Origin: an uncultured virus (IMG/VR IMGVR_UViG_3300046742_000152) | Lineage: Duplodnaviria; Heunggongvirae; Uroviricota; Caudoviricetes | Direction: 5' to 3' (one strand) | Virus record (IMG/VR): IMGVR_UViG_3300046742_000152 | Location: 1 to 64,000 of that record | Length of the DNA stretch: 64,000 bases | Part shown: piece by piece, positions 1-9,237 of the stretch | Position numbering within the stretch: position 1 is the stretch's first letter | How the letters are laid out: each line of letters opens with the position of its first letter | Translations under genes and position numbers: made by a program | The notes under the pieces: generated by a model | What the model saw: the letters and a program-made list of their open reading frames with translations, nothing else | What the model was told of the DNA's origin: nothing | The model's database searches: none

Positions 1-134
1 TTTTACGCTTTTAACGCTTTATTTATGATTGATAGAAATACATTAATATATTTTTCACACATTGTCAAGAATTATTTTATGTGTGTTTTATTATATTAAA
101 TTTTTTGTATAATTATTTGGGTGTAATTATTATT

Positions 135-335
135 ATGAATATGGAGATATATAATTACATTGTAAGAGACTTATTAAGCTCTAGTGCGTTTTATTGGGTG
201 AATGGAACTCCCGAAAAAAGATTAATGAGGATAAAGGAATATGCTTGGCATCAATATAACAATATGAGTGACACTCAATTTGAAATATTATTAAGAAAAA
301 TAGAAATAAACAAAAAAATTAATAATAATAAATAA
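135..335 (+). CDS. hypothetical protein (start moved to ATG 135)
   Basis: ORF 81..335; ATG 135 lies 14 nt after a GTGTAA motif. Confidence 0.6.
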   Translation: MNMEIYNYIVRDLLSSSAFYWVNGTPEKRLMRIKEYAWHQYNNMSDTQFEILLRKIEINKKINNNK

Positions 336-336
336 T

Positions 337-420
337 ATGACTTTTTTAGAATTGTGGGATGTTTTTTTATTAACAATAATATTTGTTTTAATTATTTTTA
401 TTTTTTATCCTAATAAGTAA
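337..420 (+). CDS. small membrane peptide (27 aa, MTFLELWDVFLLTIIFVLIIFIFYPNK)
   Basis: Manually translated; directly follows 135..335; single hydrophobic segment. Confidence 0.45.
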   Translation: MTFLELWDVFLLTIIFVLIIFIFYPNK

Positions 421-429
421 TTATTTGCG

Positions 430-645
430 TTAATCTTCTTTTGGTTTAAATATTGGAAAGAGACATATTAAATTACTCTCTATTTTTTTCTCTTCAGTTA
501 TTTCGCCCATTATTGCTACCGCCCTTGCACCTTCCTTAACATCAATCCAATACATTTCTTTGATGATTTTTGAAGACATTATTTCGCTGAAACTCGTTTC
601 CATGTGATTTTCTACGAAATTTACACTTTGATCTTCGATGCTCAT
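430..645 (-). CDS. hypothetical protein
   Basis: 71-aa ORF on the dominant coding strand. Confidence 0.6.
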   Translation of the reverse strand: MSIEDQSVNFVENHMETSFSEIMSSKIIKEMYWIDVKEGARAVAIMGEITEEKKIESNLICLFPIFKPKED

Positions 646-1062
646 TTTATTTGTAATAATTTATTATTTAATTAATTTATTTATTTAATTGTAAAATTTT
701 TTATTATTGTTTATTTTTTGTTATTTTCAAGTGAAAAAAAACCATATTTATTTCGTACATATTTTAAATTTTTTTCTTTTGAATTATTTTGTTTATCTTT
801 TATTTTTTTATTTAATAAATAATTTTTTATAATTGCCAATACTTTTATTCTCATCTTATTTTTATATAATTAATTTGCGTACTCCTCAATCATTATATTT
901 ATAATCTATTACATTTCAATATATTTATTATTTCTTGTGTGATTTATTATATTATATCTTATATTCTCTCTCTATATATATTGTATTATGTTATATATAC
1001 TAATGAATATTGATATATAAAGCAAGCACAAAGTAAAAATTATTTGAAATTATCATTTTCTT

Positions 1063-1203
1063 GTGTAAATTCATAGTTGTAAGGTTTATTTGAAAATAAA
1101 TTAGATCACGCTTTTATGTGGTTACGGATCGGGTGATGAATTCTGACCAAGGACAAAGAGAAACCTCGCCACAATACCCATAGGAGAGAAAGGATTACCT
1201 ATT
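1063..1203 (+). ncRNA. candidate structured non-coding RNA
   Basis: GC-enriched island in AT-rich intergenic DNA; nested G-U-containing stems on the + strand; begins at a GTGTAA motif with no ORF behind it. Confidence 0.3.
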
Positions 1204-1339
1204 TATTAGAAGAATTTTTATCTTGAATATATTTTACCATATCTTGATACTCTTCTTCGGAAATATCATCTTCTCCTATTAATTCATTTAGCTCGTCAAT
1301 ATTTGATACATCTTCTAATGTTTGAATTGTTTTACTCAT
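1199..1339 (-). CDS. small acidic hypothetical protein (46 aa)
   Basis: Manually translated MSKTIQTLEDVSNIDELNELIGEDDISEEEYQDMVKYIQDKNSSNK. Confidence 0.55.
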   Translation of the reverse strand: MSKTIQTLEDVSNIDELNELIGEDDISEEEYQDMVKYIQDKNSSNK

Positions 1340-1383
1340 ATACATATATTATATATTACAAGTAATAAAATTCTACAAAAATA

Positions 1384-2538
1384 TCACTCGACCACAATTT
1401 GTTGACCAAGAGGCAAGTCAAGAAAATCAAGAACATAACCTAACTCTTCGACAATACTTTTTACTCCAACATATCCAATTTTATTGGATTTACAAATTCT
1501 TAAATCTGCTATATCTTTAATTGTTGGAAAAATTCCTAGATTTAATTTATTAGTAACATACTTGCGAACGCTCTCCACAACTGAATCAACTCTATCTTCA
1601 TAACTATCTAGCAAATGAGGATTATTAGCTAATAAATCTTTAGGATTATTAAGATAATGATCGGCAACTCTATCTGCCATCTCTTCATCAACAAAATCAG
1701 AATCATCATCGTCATAATCGCAGTCTTCATCATCATCTGATCCATAAATGGGCTTATTAGCCTCGTAGACAGGTTTATTTAACTCTTTTCTTGTGTCGCT
1801 AATATCAGAGATCACCTTGTACTTAGAAACCCTAAGTTTTTGAAAGTCACAATCAGTTGGTACAGATACTGCATCAGCAGGATCAAACTCCACAAGAAGC
1901 AATCTTCCATCTTCTCCTGCCCAACTATCAGCATAATCGAATGAACCAACATGAAGACCAAAAGAACAATGATTATCCTTATTGTCATCTACGCATCTAC
2001 GAGCAACTTCAATTGTTGCACCAACCTCATTGAGAATTTGGTGACGATCATTAGTTTTCCCTTGCAATACAATTGTATCGGCATTACCTGTTGTACTCCA
2101 ATAATCAGATTGCACACCTTTGTACCCCAAAACCTTACCTTCGGGAGTATTCGCAAGAGACTTATAACTCATAAAAGAATAAAGTTCATTTACTGAATTT
2201 GCACTTGGATTAGCTTGCAAGCGAGTGATAAAGTTGGTAAGAGGAGCAGAATCTTTCATTCCTGCACGAAGCATATCAAGTAATTTGTCAACAACAACAC
2301 CATGCAAGCGATGACCTTTGTAATAAACGACTTCATCCTTAACTTCAATATCACCTTCAACAAAATTTTCGACTGCCTTGGCAACATCAATAAGATCACC
2401 GAGATCATCATATCTAGCATCAAGAATAGCTTTCTTGGCGAGTTGGAAATTTACATGATCTTTGCGAATTGTGTGTGGCTTGCCTTCCCAAAAGATTGTG
2501 AGTGAATTTTCTGTTAATTGATATGGTACTTGATTCAT
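1384..2538 (-). CDS. rIIB: rIIB-like protein
   Basis: LQANPS..SVNELYSF, LGYKGV, CSFGLHVGS..YA, DPADAVSVPTD..KLRV..Y motifs; downstream of rIIA. Confidence 0.9.
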   Translation of the reverse strand: MNQVPYQLTENSLTIFWEGKPHTIRKDHVNFQLAKKAILDARYDDLGDLIDVAKAVENFVEGDIEVKDEVVYYKGHRLHGVVVDKLLDMLRAGMKDSAPLTNFITRLQANPSANSVNELYSFMSYKSLANTPEGKVLGYKGVQSDYWSTTGNADTIVLQGKTNDRHQILNEVGATIEVARRCVDDNKDNHCSFGLHVGSFDYADSWAGEDGRLLLVEFDPADAVSVPTDCDFQKLRVSKYKVISDISDTRKELNKPVYEANKPIYGSDDDEDCDYDDDDSDFVDEEMADRVADHYLNNPKDLLANNPHLLDSYEDRVDSVVESVRKYVTNKLNLGIFPTIKDIADLRICKSNKIGYVGVKSIVEELGYVLDFLDLPLGQQIVVE

Positions 2539-2573
2539 AATTTTATTCTCCTATTTTTGTTTAATATATCTAT

Positions 2574-2602
2574 ATCTTAAATTGTTTTGTATATATTGTC
2601 AA
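2574..2602 (-). promoter_or_regulatory. sigma70-type promoter for rIIB (TTGACA-17-TAAGAT), leadered with AGGAG SD
   Basis: Read on the reverse complement. Confidence 0.75.
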
Positions 2603-2623
2603 GAATTATTTTTAAAAATTTGA

Positions 2624-2652
2624 GGGAGAGGAGCAATTACGCTCTCTCTCCC
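2624..2652 (-). terminator. hairpin over the rIIA stop codon (terminator or processing stem)
   Basis: GGGAGAG-A-GAGC GTAATT GCTC-CTCTCCC followed by TCAAATTTTT on the minus strand. Confidence 0.5.
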
Positions 2653-4934
2653 CCATTCACATCACATAAGGAAATGTATTCAAAGAGAGTTTCGTTGGTT
2701 ACATTTTTGTCATTGTCTTGTTTTAGATTGACCCAATTGCTAACATGACTTGTAACAACTTGAAGTAAAGGATAATTTTTATCAAGTAATTTGAAATCCT
2801 GCATAATTGATTCTGCATCAACTTTTGTATCCAATATATCATCTAACCATGCTTCATCACCCAACTTAACGACATTGATAGCAACACTAAATCTACGATC
2901 ATCTGTATTCTCTTCCATAAGGAGTTTCCAATTTTCTGCACAACGAGCAAATAAATGGTCACCGAAAAGAGAAACATCAAATGTGTTATTGGTAAATACT
3001 TGACCATAACTCCAACGATATTCAGCGAAATTATTATCGGTAGATTTTTTGAATTGAATTATTTTGTATGCTGATTGACATTCTTTCTTATTGTTACGAA
3101 TGATGTTCTTGCAATAGTCAAGATAAAAATCAAAAAATGATACCCATGTACTTTTATCTAGTTTTTTGACATCTGCTGAACGCACACCGAATAATTGAAG
3201 ATTTTTTTCATCAGAATTATCTTCGGCTTTTTTGCGAACTCCCTTGCAGATTTTGTAAACTCTGTCAAGATCATAAGATTCACTATCAACCTTGTAGTTT
3301 TTGATTGGAACATAAATGATTTTACCATTGACAGAACCTTCAATTTCGCCTAGCTCAAGTGAATTGATTGGTTCGTTGACATTTTGCCAATAATCTGCAT
3401 TACGATAAGCATAACTAGATTTGTCAAACTTCATCTTGAACAATGGAATACAAGCACGACTTGTACCCGAAACTTTATTGCGAACAATTTTTTCCTTTTC
3501 TACTAGAGAAGAATATCTAATATGTTTTCCATCAACAAGATCAAATTGCCAATTATCATAAACTTCTGATTTGCCACATTCGCTAGTAGGATGAACAACG
3601 AAAACCCCTTTAAGATCGGGTAAATCATTCATCAAAGTGCGAACTCTAAGATTGTTGCCATGAGAAGAATCAATGTCTTGCATCATCACAAGATAATCGT
3701 CTTGACAATAAATGCGATTTGTTTTATCTGCTCTTACCTTGAATCCATTGCGAGAATCTTTATCTTCAACTTTTTCGTATTGAGTAATAATCAAATCTTC
3801 TGATAATTGATAGTCTCTTTGGAATGTAGAATTATCAATTTTGATACCTTTCCACTCGAAACTATTCTCAAATATTCCTCTTACTTGATAAGGTAGAGCA
3901 TTAACGACTTGAGCATAGTTTTTCTTTGCGTCCCACAAATCTTCACTATCGGCAAGTTTTTCTTTTGCAATAGTTTGAATATCTTGACTTACTCTGTAAA
4001 GAATCGCACAAATTTCTTTTTGAGTTGCTTTGTTATATTCTAGCGACTCACGACTATGATGCAATCTTACTGAACCAAGAGGCACACGAAAGTAGAAATT
4101 ACTTTGTTGTAAAAGTTGTTGAATTATTCTGCGAGAATCTTCGTTGGAAACAAAATTGCTAACAATAATTGCATTTGGATCAATTGGATAAGCAACTCTA
4201 CCCATAAGAACATGAGAATAATAATGGTTGTACCCATGCCTATTGTCATCTTCTGCAAAGAACCATTCATCAGTTTTACTTGACAAAACTTTTTTAGGAG
4301 TTTGTATAAAATCTTCTTCGACTCCAAGAAATTTTGGCATATCAGAATCAGAAAAGAAACGAAAGAATTTTTGCACAACATCTCTAAATTCGTTACGATC
4401 TTCTTCGGAGACTGCAACTTCGATGCTTAAACCTGTTGGTTCATTGCTTGGTTCTTCAAACAACTTTGTGATCTTGGTATCGTCATTTTCATCAACAAAT
4501 ACATTGTAAGAAGTTTTTGTGCCATCATGGTAAGAAACGCAAGTAAAATTGTCACCATAAGAAAGTGGAGCAAATTTACCAATACCGAAAGCACCAATGT
4601 AATTGTTGGATGTGCGTTTGGTTGATTTACCATACTTGGAATAAAGTCCGAAAACATCTTCTTGGCTAAGTCCACCCCCAAAATCACGAACTGCAAATGT
4701 TGGATTCATGGAAGTTGGTAACTTGATTTCGATTGGACGAGTAACACCTGCTTCAGCATTGGCATCAAGAGCATTGGCACTAATTTCTCTAACTACTGCA
4801 AGACGAGTGTTAGAGTAGTTATTGCGAAGAAGAGATGCAACATAACGCATATCTTCTGCATCAATCGTGCAATTAACTTGCTCGAAATCGTGTGAACTAA
4901 TTACTTCCTTAGATTTTTCCTGTGTGATTATCAT
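2637..4934 (-). CDS. rIIA: rIIA-like protein with N-terminal GHKL/HATPase domain
   Basis: AVVREISANALDA, VRDFGGGLS, YGKSTK..SNNYIGAFGIG, SRESLEY motifs. Confidence 0.9.
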   Translation of the reverse strand: MIITQEKSKEVISSHDFEQVNCTIDAEDMRYVASLLRNNYSNTRLAVVREISANALDANAEAGVTRPIEIKLPTSMNPTFAVRDFGGGLSQEDVFGLYSKYGKSTKRTSNNYIGAFGIGKFAPLSYGDNFTCVSYHDGTKTSYNVFVDENDDTKITKLFEEPSNEPTGLSIEVAVSEEDRNEFRDVVQKFFRFFSDSDMPKFLGVEEDFIQTPKKVLSSKTDEWFFAEDDNRHGYNHYYSHVLMGRVAYPIDPNAIIVSNFVSNEDSRRIIQQLLQQSNFYFRVPLGSVRLHHSRESLEYNKATQKEICAILYRVSQDIQTIAKEKLADSEDLWDAKKNYAQVVNALPYQVRGIFENSFEWKGIKIDNSTFQRDYQLSEDLIITQYEKVEDKDSRNGFKVRADKTNRIYCQDDYLVMMQDIDSSHGNNLRVRTLMNDLPDLKGVFVVHPTSECGKSEVYDNWQFDLVDGKHIRYSSLVEKEKIVRNKVSGTSRACIPLFKMKFDKSSYAYRNADYWQNVNEPINSLELGEIEGSVNGKIIYVPIKNYKVDSESYDLDRVYKICKGVRKKAEDNSDEKNLQLFGVRSADVKKLDKSTWVSFFDFYLDYCKNIIRNNKKECQSAYKIIQFKKSTDNNFAEYRWSYGQVFTNNTFDVSLFGDHLFARCAENWKLLMEENTDDRRFSVAINVVKLGDEAWLDDILDTKVDAESIMQDFKLLDKNYPLLQVVTSHVSNWVNLKQDNDKNVTNETLFEYISLCDVNGGERA

Positions 4935-4969
4935 TTTTGTTTTCCTTTTTTGTGTGTGAGATTATCATA

Positions 4970-5380
4970 TTAGTATGAATATTGATCTTTGTCAAGAACA
5001 AATAAATAATAAATATGTTTTCTGAATTGTGGCTCAATGCTTGCTCCACCATGTTCGGAGTATGTTAGTTTTACAATTTTATTTGGATATTTTTCTTTCA
5101 TGTTTTTTCTAACTGCTTCCATCCAAGGATTAAATGTTCGCCAATTTTGAATTGTTATTTTGTTTAAACTTGGATATACAGATATGTTTTGAAACTTATG
5201 TCCATACGGAAATGTTCTTGTATGTTTAATGTGGTTGCCAATACGAACATTAAAAAATTTAAGCCCTAAATCTTCTCTGTAATATCTCGTACTATCTGTA
5301 AAACGCAATTCCCATTTTTTACAATTACCATACAATGTATTACATATAAAAAAAAGTATAATTAATTTTACAAATTTCAT
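4970..5380 (-). CDS. hypothetical exported protein
   Basis: Signal-like N-terminus MKFVKLIILFFICNTLYG. Confidence 0.65.
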   Translation of the reverse strand: MKFVKLIILFFICNTLYGNCKKWELRFTDSTRYYREDLGLKFFNVRIGNHIKHTRTFPYGHKFQNISVYPSLNKITIQNWRTFNPWMEAVRKNMKEKYPNKIVKLTYSEHGGASIEPQFRKHIYYLFVLDKDQYSY

Positions 5381-8300
5381 TTGTTCAAGTTTCTACATTC
5401 TCTTAACAATTCTTTTATTTTAAACCAACTTTTTTCGGGTGGAAATAATTTTTTATTTGCTTCAGAATCGTGTGATCTATATAAATCATCTGCAAATTCC
5501 TCTATCTTGGCTAATTTAATTAACATTATTTCTTGTGGAGTTAATTTTTCATATAATTCTTCATTAGATGCAAATATACTCACTTTTTTATTTAATGGAG
5601 TTACTATTTCCATGTTATGCTACCCCCTTAGCTAATCTTTTGGCTTGAATTTGTTTCAATCTACGATCTGCCTCTCTTTGTTGGGCGAGAATACCTTCGG
5701 TTGCTTCGTTATAACCTAAGAACCTACGAGTAAAAGCAAATGGGTCTTTGCCTTTCACTTTGTTCATTACTGCGGTTGCTCTTGCACATTTTGCTATGTT
5801 TGCCATAATTTTTTTCTCCTATTTTGAATGTTATGATTACATCCTAGCAAATGATTTTCGGGTTGTCAAACTTTTTTTACTTGGATTACTTTATCTTGCT
5901 TTTCGGTCAATACTTCAATGCTATCTTGCTTTTGTTTTCTAGCAATTCGAGACGCTTTTCTTATCGCTATTGCTTCCCCTCGATATTCATCAACGATTTT
6001 GCCGAAATTTAAAACTTGAAAAAATTCTTTAAAGTTAGAATGTTGTATTATCTGTATCATGATTAATTTAATCCTATATTATTTGGTTGATTATTATTTA
6101 GCGTATTATTTGTTTCAATTTCAGAACAAATCTTATCTTGCGTGAAATCATTTATATAATAATTATTTGTAAAAATATCTTTTACATTTAAACCATTATT
6201 TGTTATTTGGTTTAGTTCTTTTTTTACATCATTTATCATGCCTTCAACTATTTCAAACGCTTGTTCCTTATTTGTCTTCTCACCTGTTTGTATATTATTA
6301 AGAACTTGATCGTCATCCAAGTCGTGATCCATGCGTTGCATCTCACTACGCATAAATAAGATTGCATCCAATTTTTCGTTTATTTCTCTTGCTAGATTCA
6401 TGATGTTATACTAAAATACGCATGATGATAAGTCAATGCTTTTTTTGTTTTTTATTCAGAAAGTTCTTTTGCTACTCTAAGTAACTGATTTAAGCATCCC
6501 ACTTCTAATATGTGCATTTGCTCTTGCTCTTGTGTTGTAATCGGAAAATTGTTAATCTCTAAAATTTTTTCTTCAATTAATTGTATTACTTCTTTCATTT
6601 TTCTTATAATTTTTATTTTAACAATTTATTAAATAAATTAATTTGAATATTAAAATTTATTTTAATAAAGAATTAATTTAATCTTCTAAATATTTTTATT
6701 TAATTCCCCCATTTATATTTTCTAATCTATTATGCTCTACTTCTCTAAGTTTACTTGTTTTAATTTCTTCTTCAATTAAATTATGTATATTAGTTGTATC
6801 TTCTATTGCAGTACCGAAATACATATCAATTAAATCTGCCACTTGATCAACACACTCATATAAGCGATATTGATCTCCACCATTTTGTGGAACTCGAAAC
6901 TTAATTTCTTCTGTTATGTAATTCATGTCGATGTTTTCTCCTTTTGTAAACATATAGTTATTGATATGTCGATACTATAACTCTTTTCTGCTCCATGTGT
7001 CAACAACTAAATTCATTTGCTCTGATAAAGGTGCATCTTCACTAATTGGCTTGAGATGAACGCTAATCTTATCTTCGTAATCAGTATCATCAGTTGGTAA
7101 AAAGTGAAGTGTTGACATTTCTCCATCGAGAATAGCTTGAATATCGCTTGGAGTCAAGCCTATTTCTACATTATACTCTTTCGCAGTATTCATTTAAATA
7201 AATTCCTTCGTTAATTAATTCGTCAGCAGTAAACTCCCTTGGCTCTTCCCACTCTTCATCTTGCAACCAATAAGTGCCTGTAAAAGAGTCGTATTCTAAC
7301 TTATTTAAGTTTTCTTCTATATAATCGTCTATATAATCGTCTGTGTAATTATTCATAATTTTAATTCCTTTGTTGTTGTTATATCTAATACCCCCCAATT
7401 CATTTGAGTATCGACATTAAAACCTAGATCAATTAACTTGTCAACGATAGAATGCCTATAATTCCAAATATCCCTGTCCCAATTATAATGATCACAAGTA
7501 GAGAGAGTATTTGAGCCATATTTATTTACCATCTCAACTTGTTTAGAGATAACTTTATTTAATTTTTCTTTTAATTCTTTCATGCGATCTCCAATCTATA
7601 ATAACCATTCTCGATTAATTCAGTATCAGTTAAAGATTCAAGACCATTATAATCTTCATAAACTTCACGAATATATTTGAGAGATTTGCCTACATAAAAC
7701 GAAGGAGAATATTCATCTGAATCTCTTCCATTGGATTTATCTGCTTCAATAATATAATCTAGCATTTCTTGTGGCTCAATATTCCACTTCATTTGAACAT
7801 GAAGATTTTTTTCTCTAAAGTGATCTCTTGTTTCTTTCATTGAATATATTCCTTTTCTTGTAAATATTCTTTAAAATTAATTTTAAACTCTGCCAACCAA
7901 TTAGGACATTCCTCTGCAATCTCTGCTACTATTTGCCAAGGATCACCTAAATAATTGTCAATGTCAACATCATAATAGAATTTTATTTGAGCTTCTAAGT
8001 CCATGTCTTTTGTCCACTCTTCGTATGTTGGTAATTTTTCCATGTCGTTATTCAAGTTGATTTTGCATGATATGTCAAGCATTTTGTTGTGTTTTCGATA
8101 AAAAAATAGTATTTATATAGTTAAACAATTATTTTGCATCTTTTATCATGCATTATTGCAATCTACCCCCTGCATCTAATACATTGCGAAGACAACTTGA
8201 TTGCCCTGCTCTTGAAGTAACTTTCTTGGCATGAGCAAACGCACTAGGATCATTGAATGTTTGCATGACCATAGTTGATTTGTCGAGATAAACATTAAGA

Positions 8301-8685
8301 CCCTTCTTGGGAATCGAGTTTGCTATCTTCTCAGCATTGGCGATTGATTGATTTATGCTTTCTAGGAATGCTTCTGTTGTATTCATAACAAAAATACTAA
8401 AATAGTTTTTTATTTATGTCAACACTATTTTGAATATTTTTTAATTTCGTTGTTTTTTATGTCTAATTCGCTCTCTATAAGTTCTGCAACATTTTCACTA
8501 ACAGATATTTCGTGATCTTTGGATAGAGTATTTAATAATTGAACTAAATTTTTTCCTGTGTTATCTCTACCTTCATTCCCTGCTAGAAATAAATTATCTT
8601 TATTCATTAAAATAAGATCATCTATTTTAATTAAGATGTGATTCATGGCATCTTCACTACCCCTTATTCCTAATTGTATTTTCAT
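5377..8685 (-). other. run of small early-type hypothetical CDSs: 5377-5613, 5615-5806, 5866-6060, 6063-6401, 6452-6598, 6696-6953, 6975-7193, 7171-7356, 7353-7583, 7580-7840, 7837-8043, 8153-8386, 8425-8685
   Basis: Tightly tiled minus-strand ORFs with ATGA overlaps and upstream TTGACA promoters. Confidence 0.75.
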
Positions 8686-8824
8686 AGTTTACTTTAAATA
8701 TTTGCATGGAGAGTATCCATGACTAACTCCGATATAGTAGTAATCGAATTACTTTCTAGTCTTTTTTAGTTGATCAAGCAGGGAGTGTTCTTTTGGAGAG
8801 AACAAAAAGAGGTGAACCTAAAAG

Positions 8825-8899
8825 TGGACGCATGGATCAGAATCGAACTGACGAATAAGAGTTTTGCAGACTCCTGCCTTACCACTTGGCTACCATGCG
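8825..8899 (-). tRNA. tRNA-Cys(GCA)
   Basis: CGCATGG TA GCC AAGTGGTAA GGC A GGAGT CT GCA AA ACTCT TATTC GTCAG TTCGATT CTGAT CCATGCG T CCA; U73 discriminator; encoded CCA. Confidence 0.95.
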
Positions 8900-8916
8900 A
8901 ATTAAATTGTTTTGTA

Positions 8917-9237
8917 TTAATATTTAATATTAACTCCCCCTTGGACATAATTTGGTTCTTTCTTTATCCATTCGGGTAATTTTAATCTTTCTACTTTAAC
9001 ATATTCTGATAAATAAAATTTAAATGCTTCTTGATCATTATTTTCTTCTGCCCTCCTTATTTCTTCTAAATATTCTTTTTCTAATTTTTTATTATCGGCA
9101 TCTTTTGAGAGAACTGAATCTATCTCTGCTTGCATCTCTGATGAACGAGAGACTTTTGTATCTGTTGGATTTAAATTAGAGGAATGATTGCATCCTGTCA
9201 ATACCAAAATAATTAATAAATTATTAATCGTCCTCAT
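8917..9237 (-). CDS. putative lipoprotein
   Basis: MRTINNLLIILVLTG-C lipobox. Confidence 0.7.
   Translation of the reverse strand: MRTINNLLIILVLTGCNHSSNLNPTDTKVSRSSEMQAEIDSVLSKDADNKKLEKEYLEEIRRAEENNDQEAFKFYLSEYVKVERLKLPEWIKKEPNYVQGGVNIKY

Noticed and set aside
1128..1170. Hammerhead-like GTGATGA...GAAAC in the candidate RNA
   Set aside because: The core needs CUGANGA and a proper stem II; neither is present
7321..7342. Direct repeat ATAATCGTCT x2
   Set aside because: It simply encodes the DDYI-DDYI peptide repeat
8720..8785. GAAA-stem-UA pattern resembling a hammerhead half
   Set aside because: No CUGANGA core or stem I
8766..8979. ORFs 8766..8948(-) and 8770..8979(+)
   Set aside because: They overlap tRNA-Cys and are shadow frames
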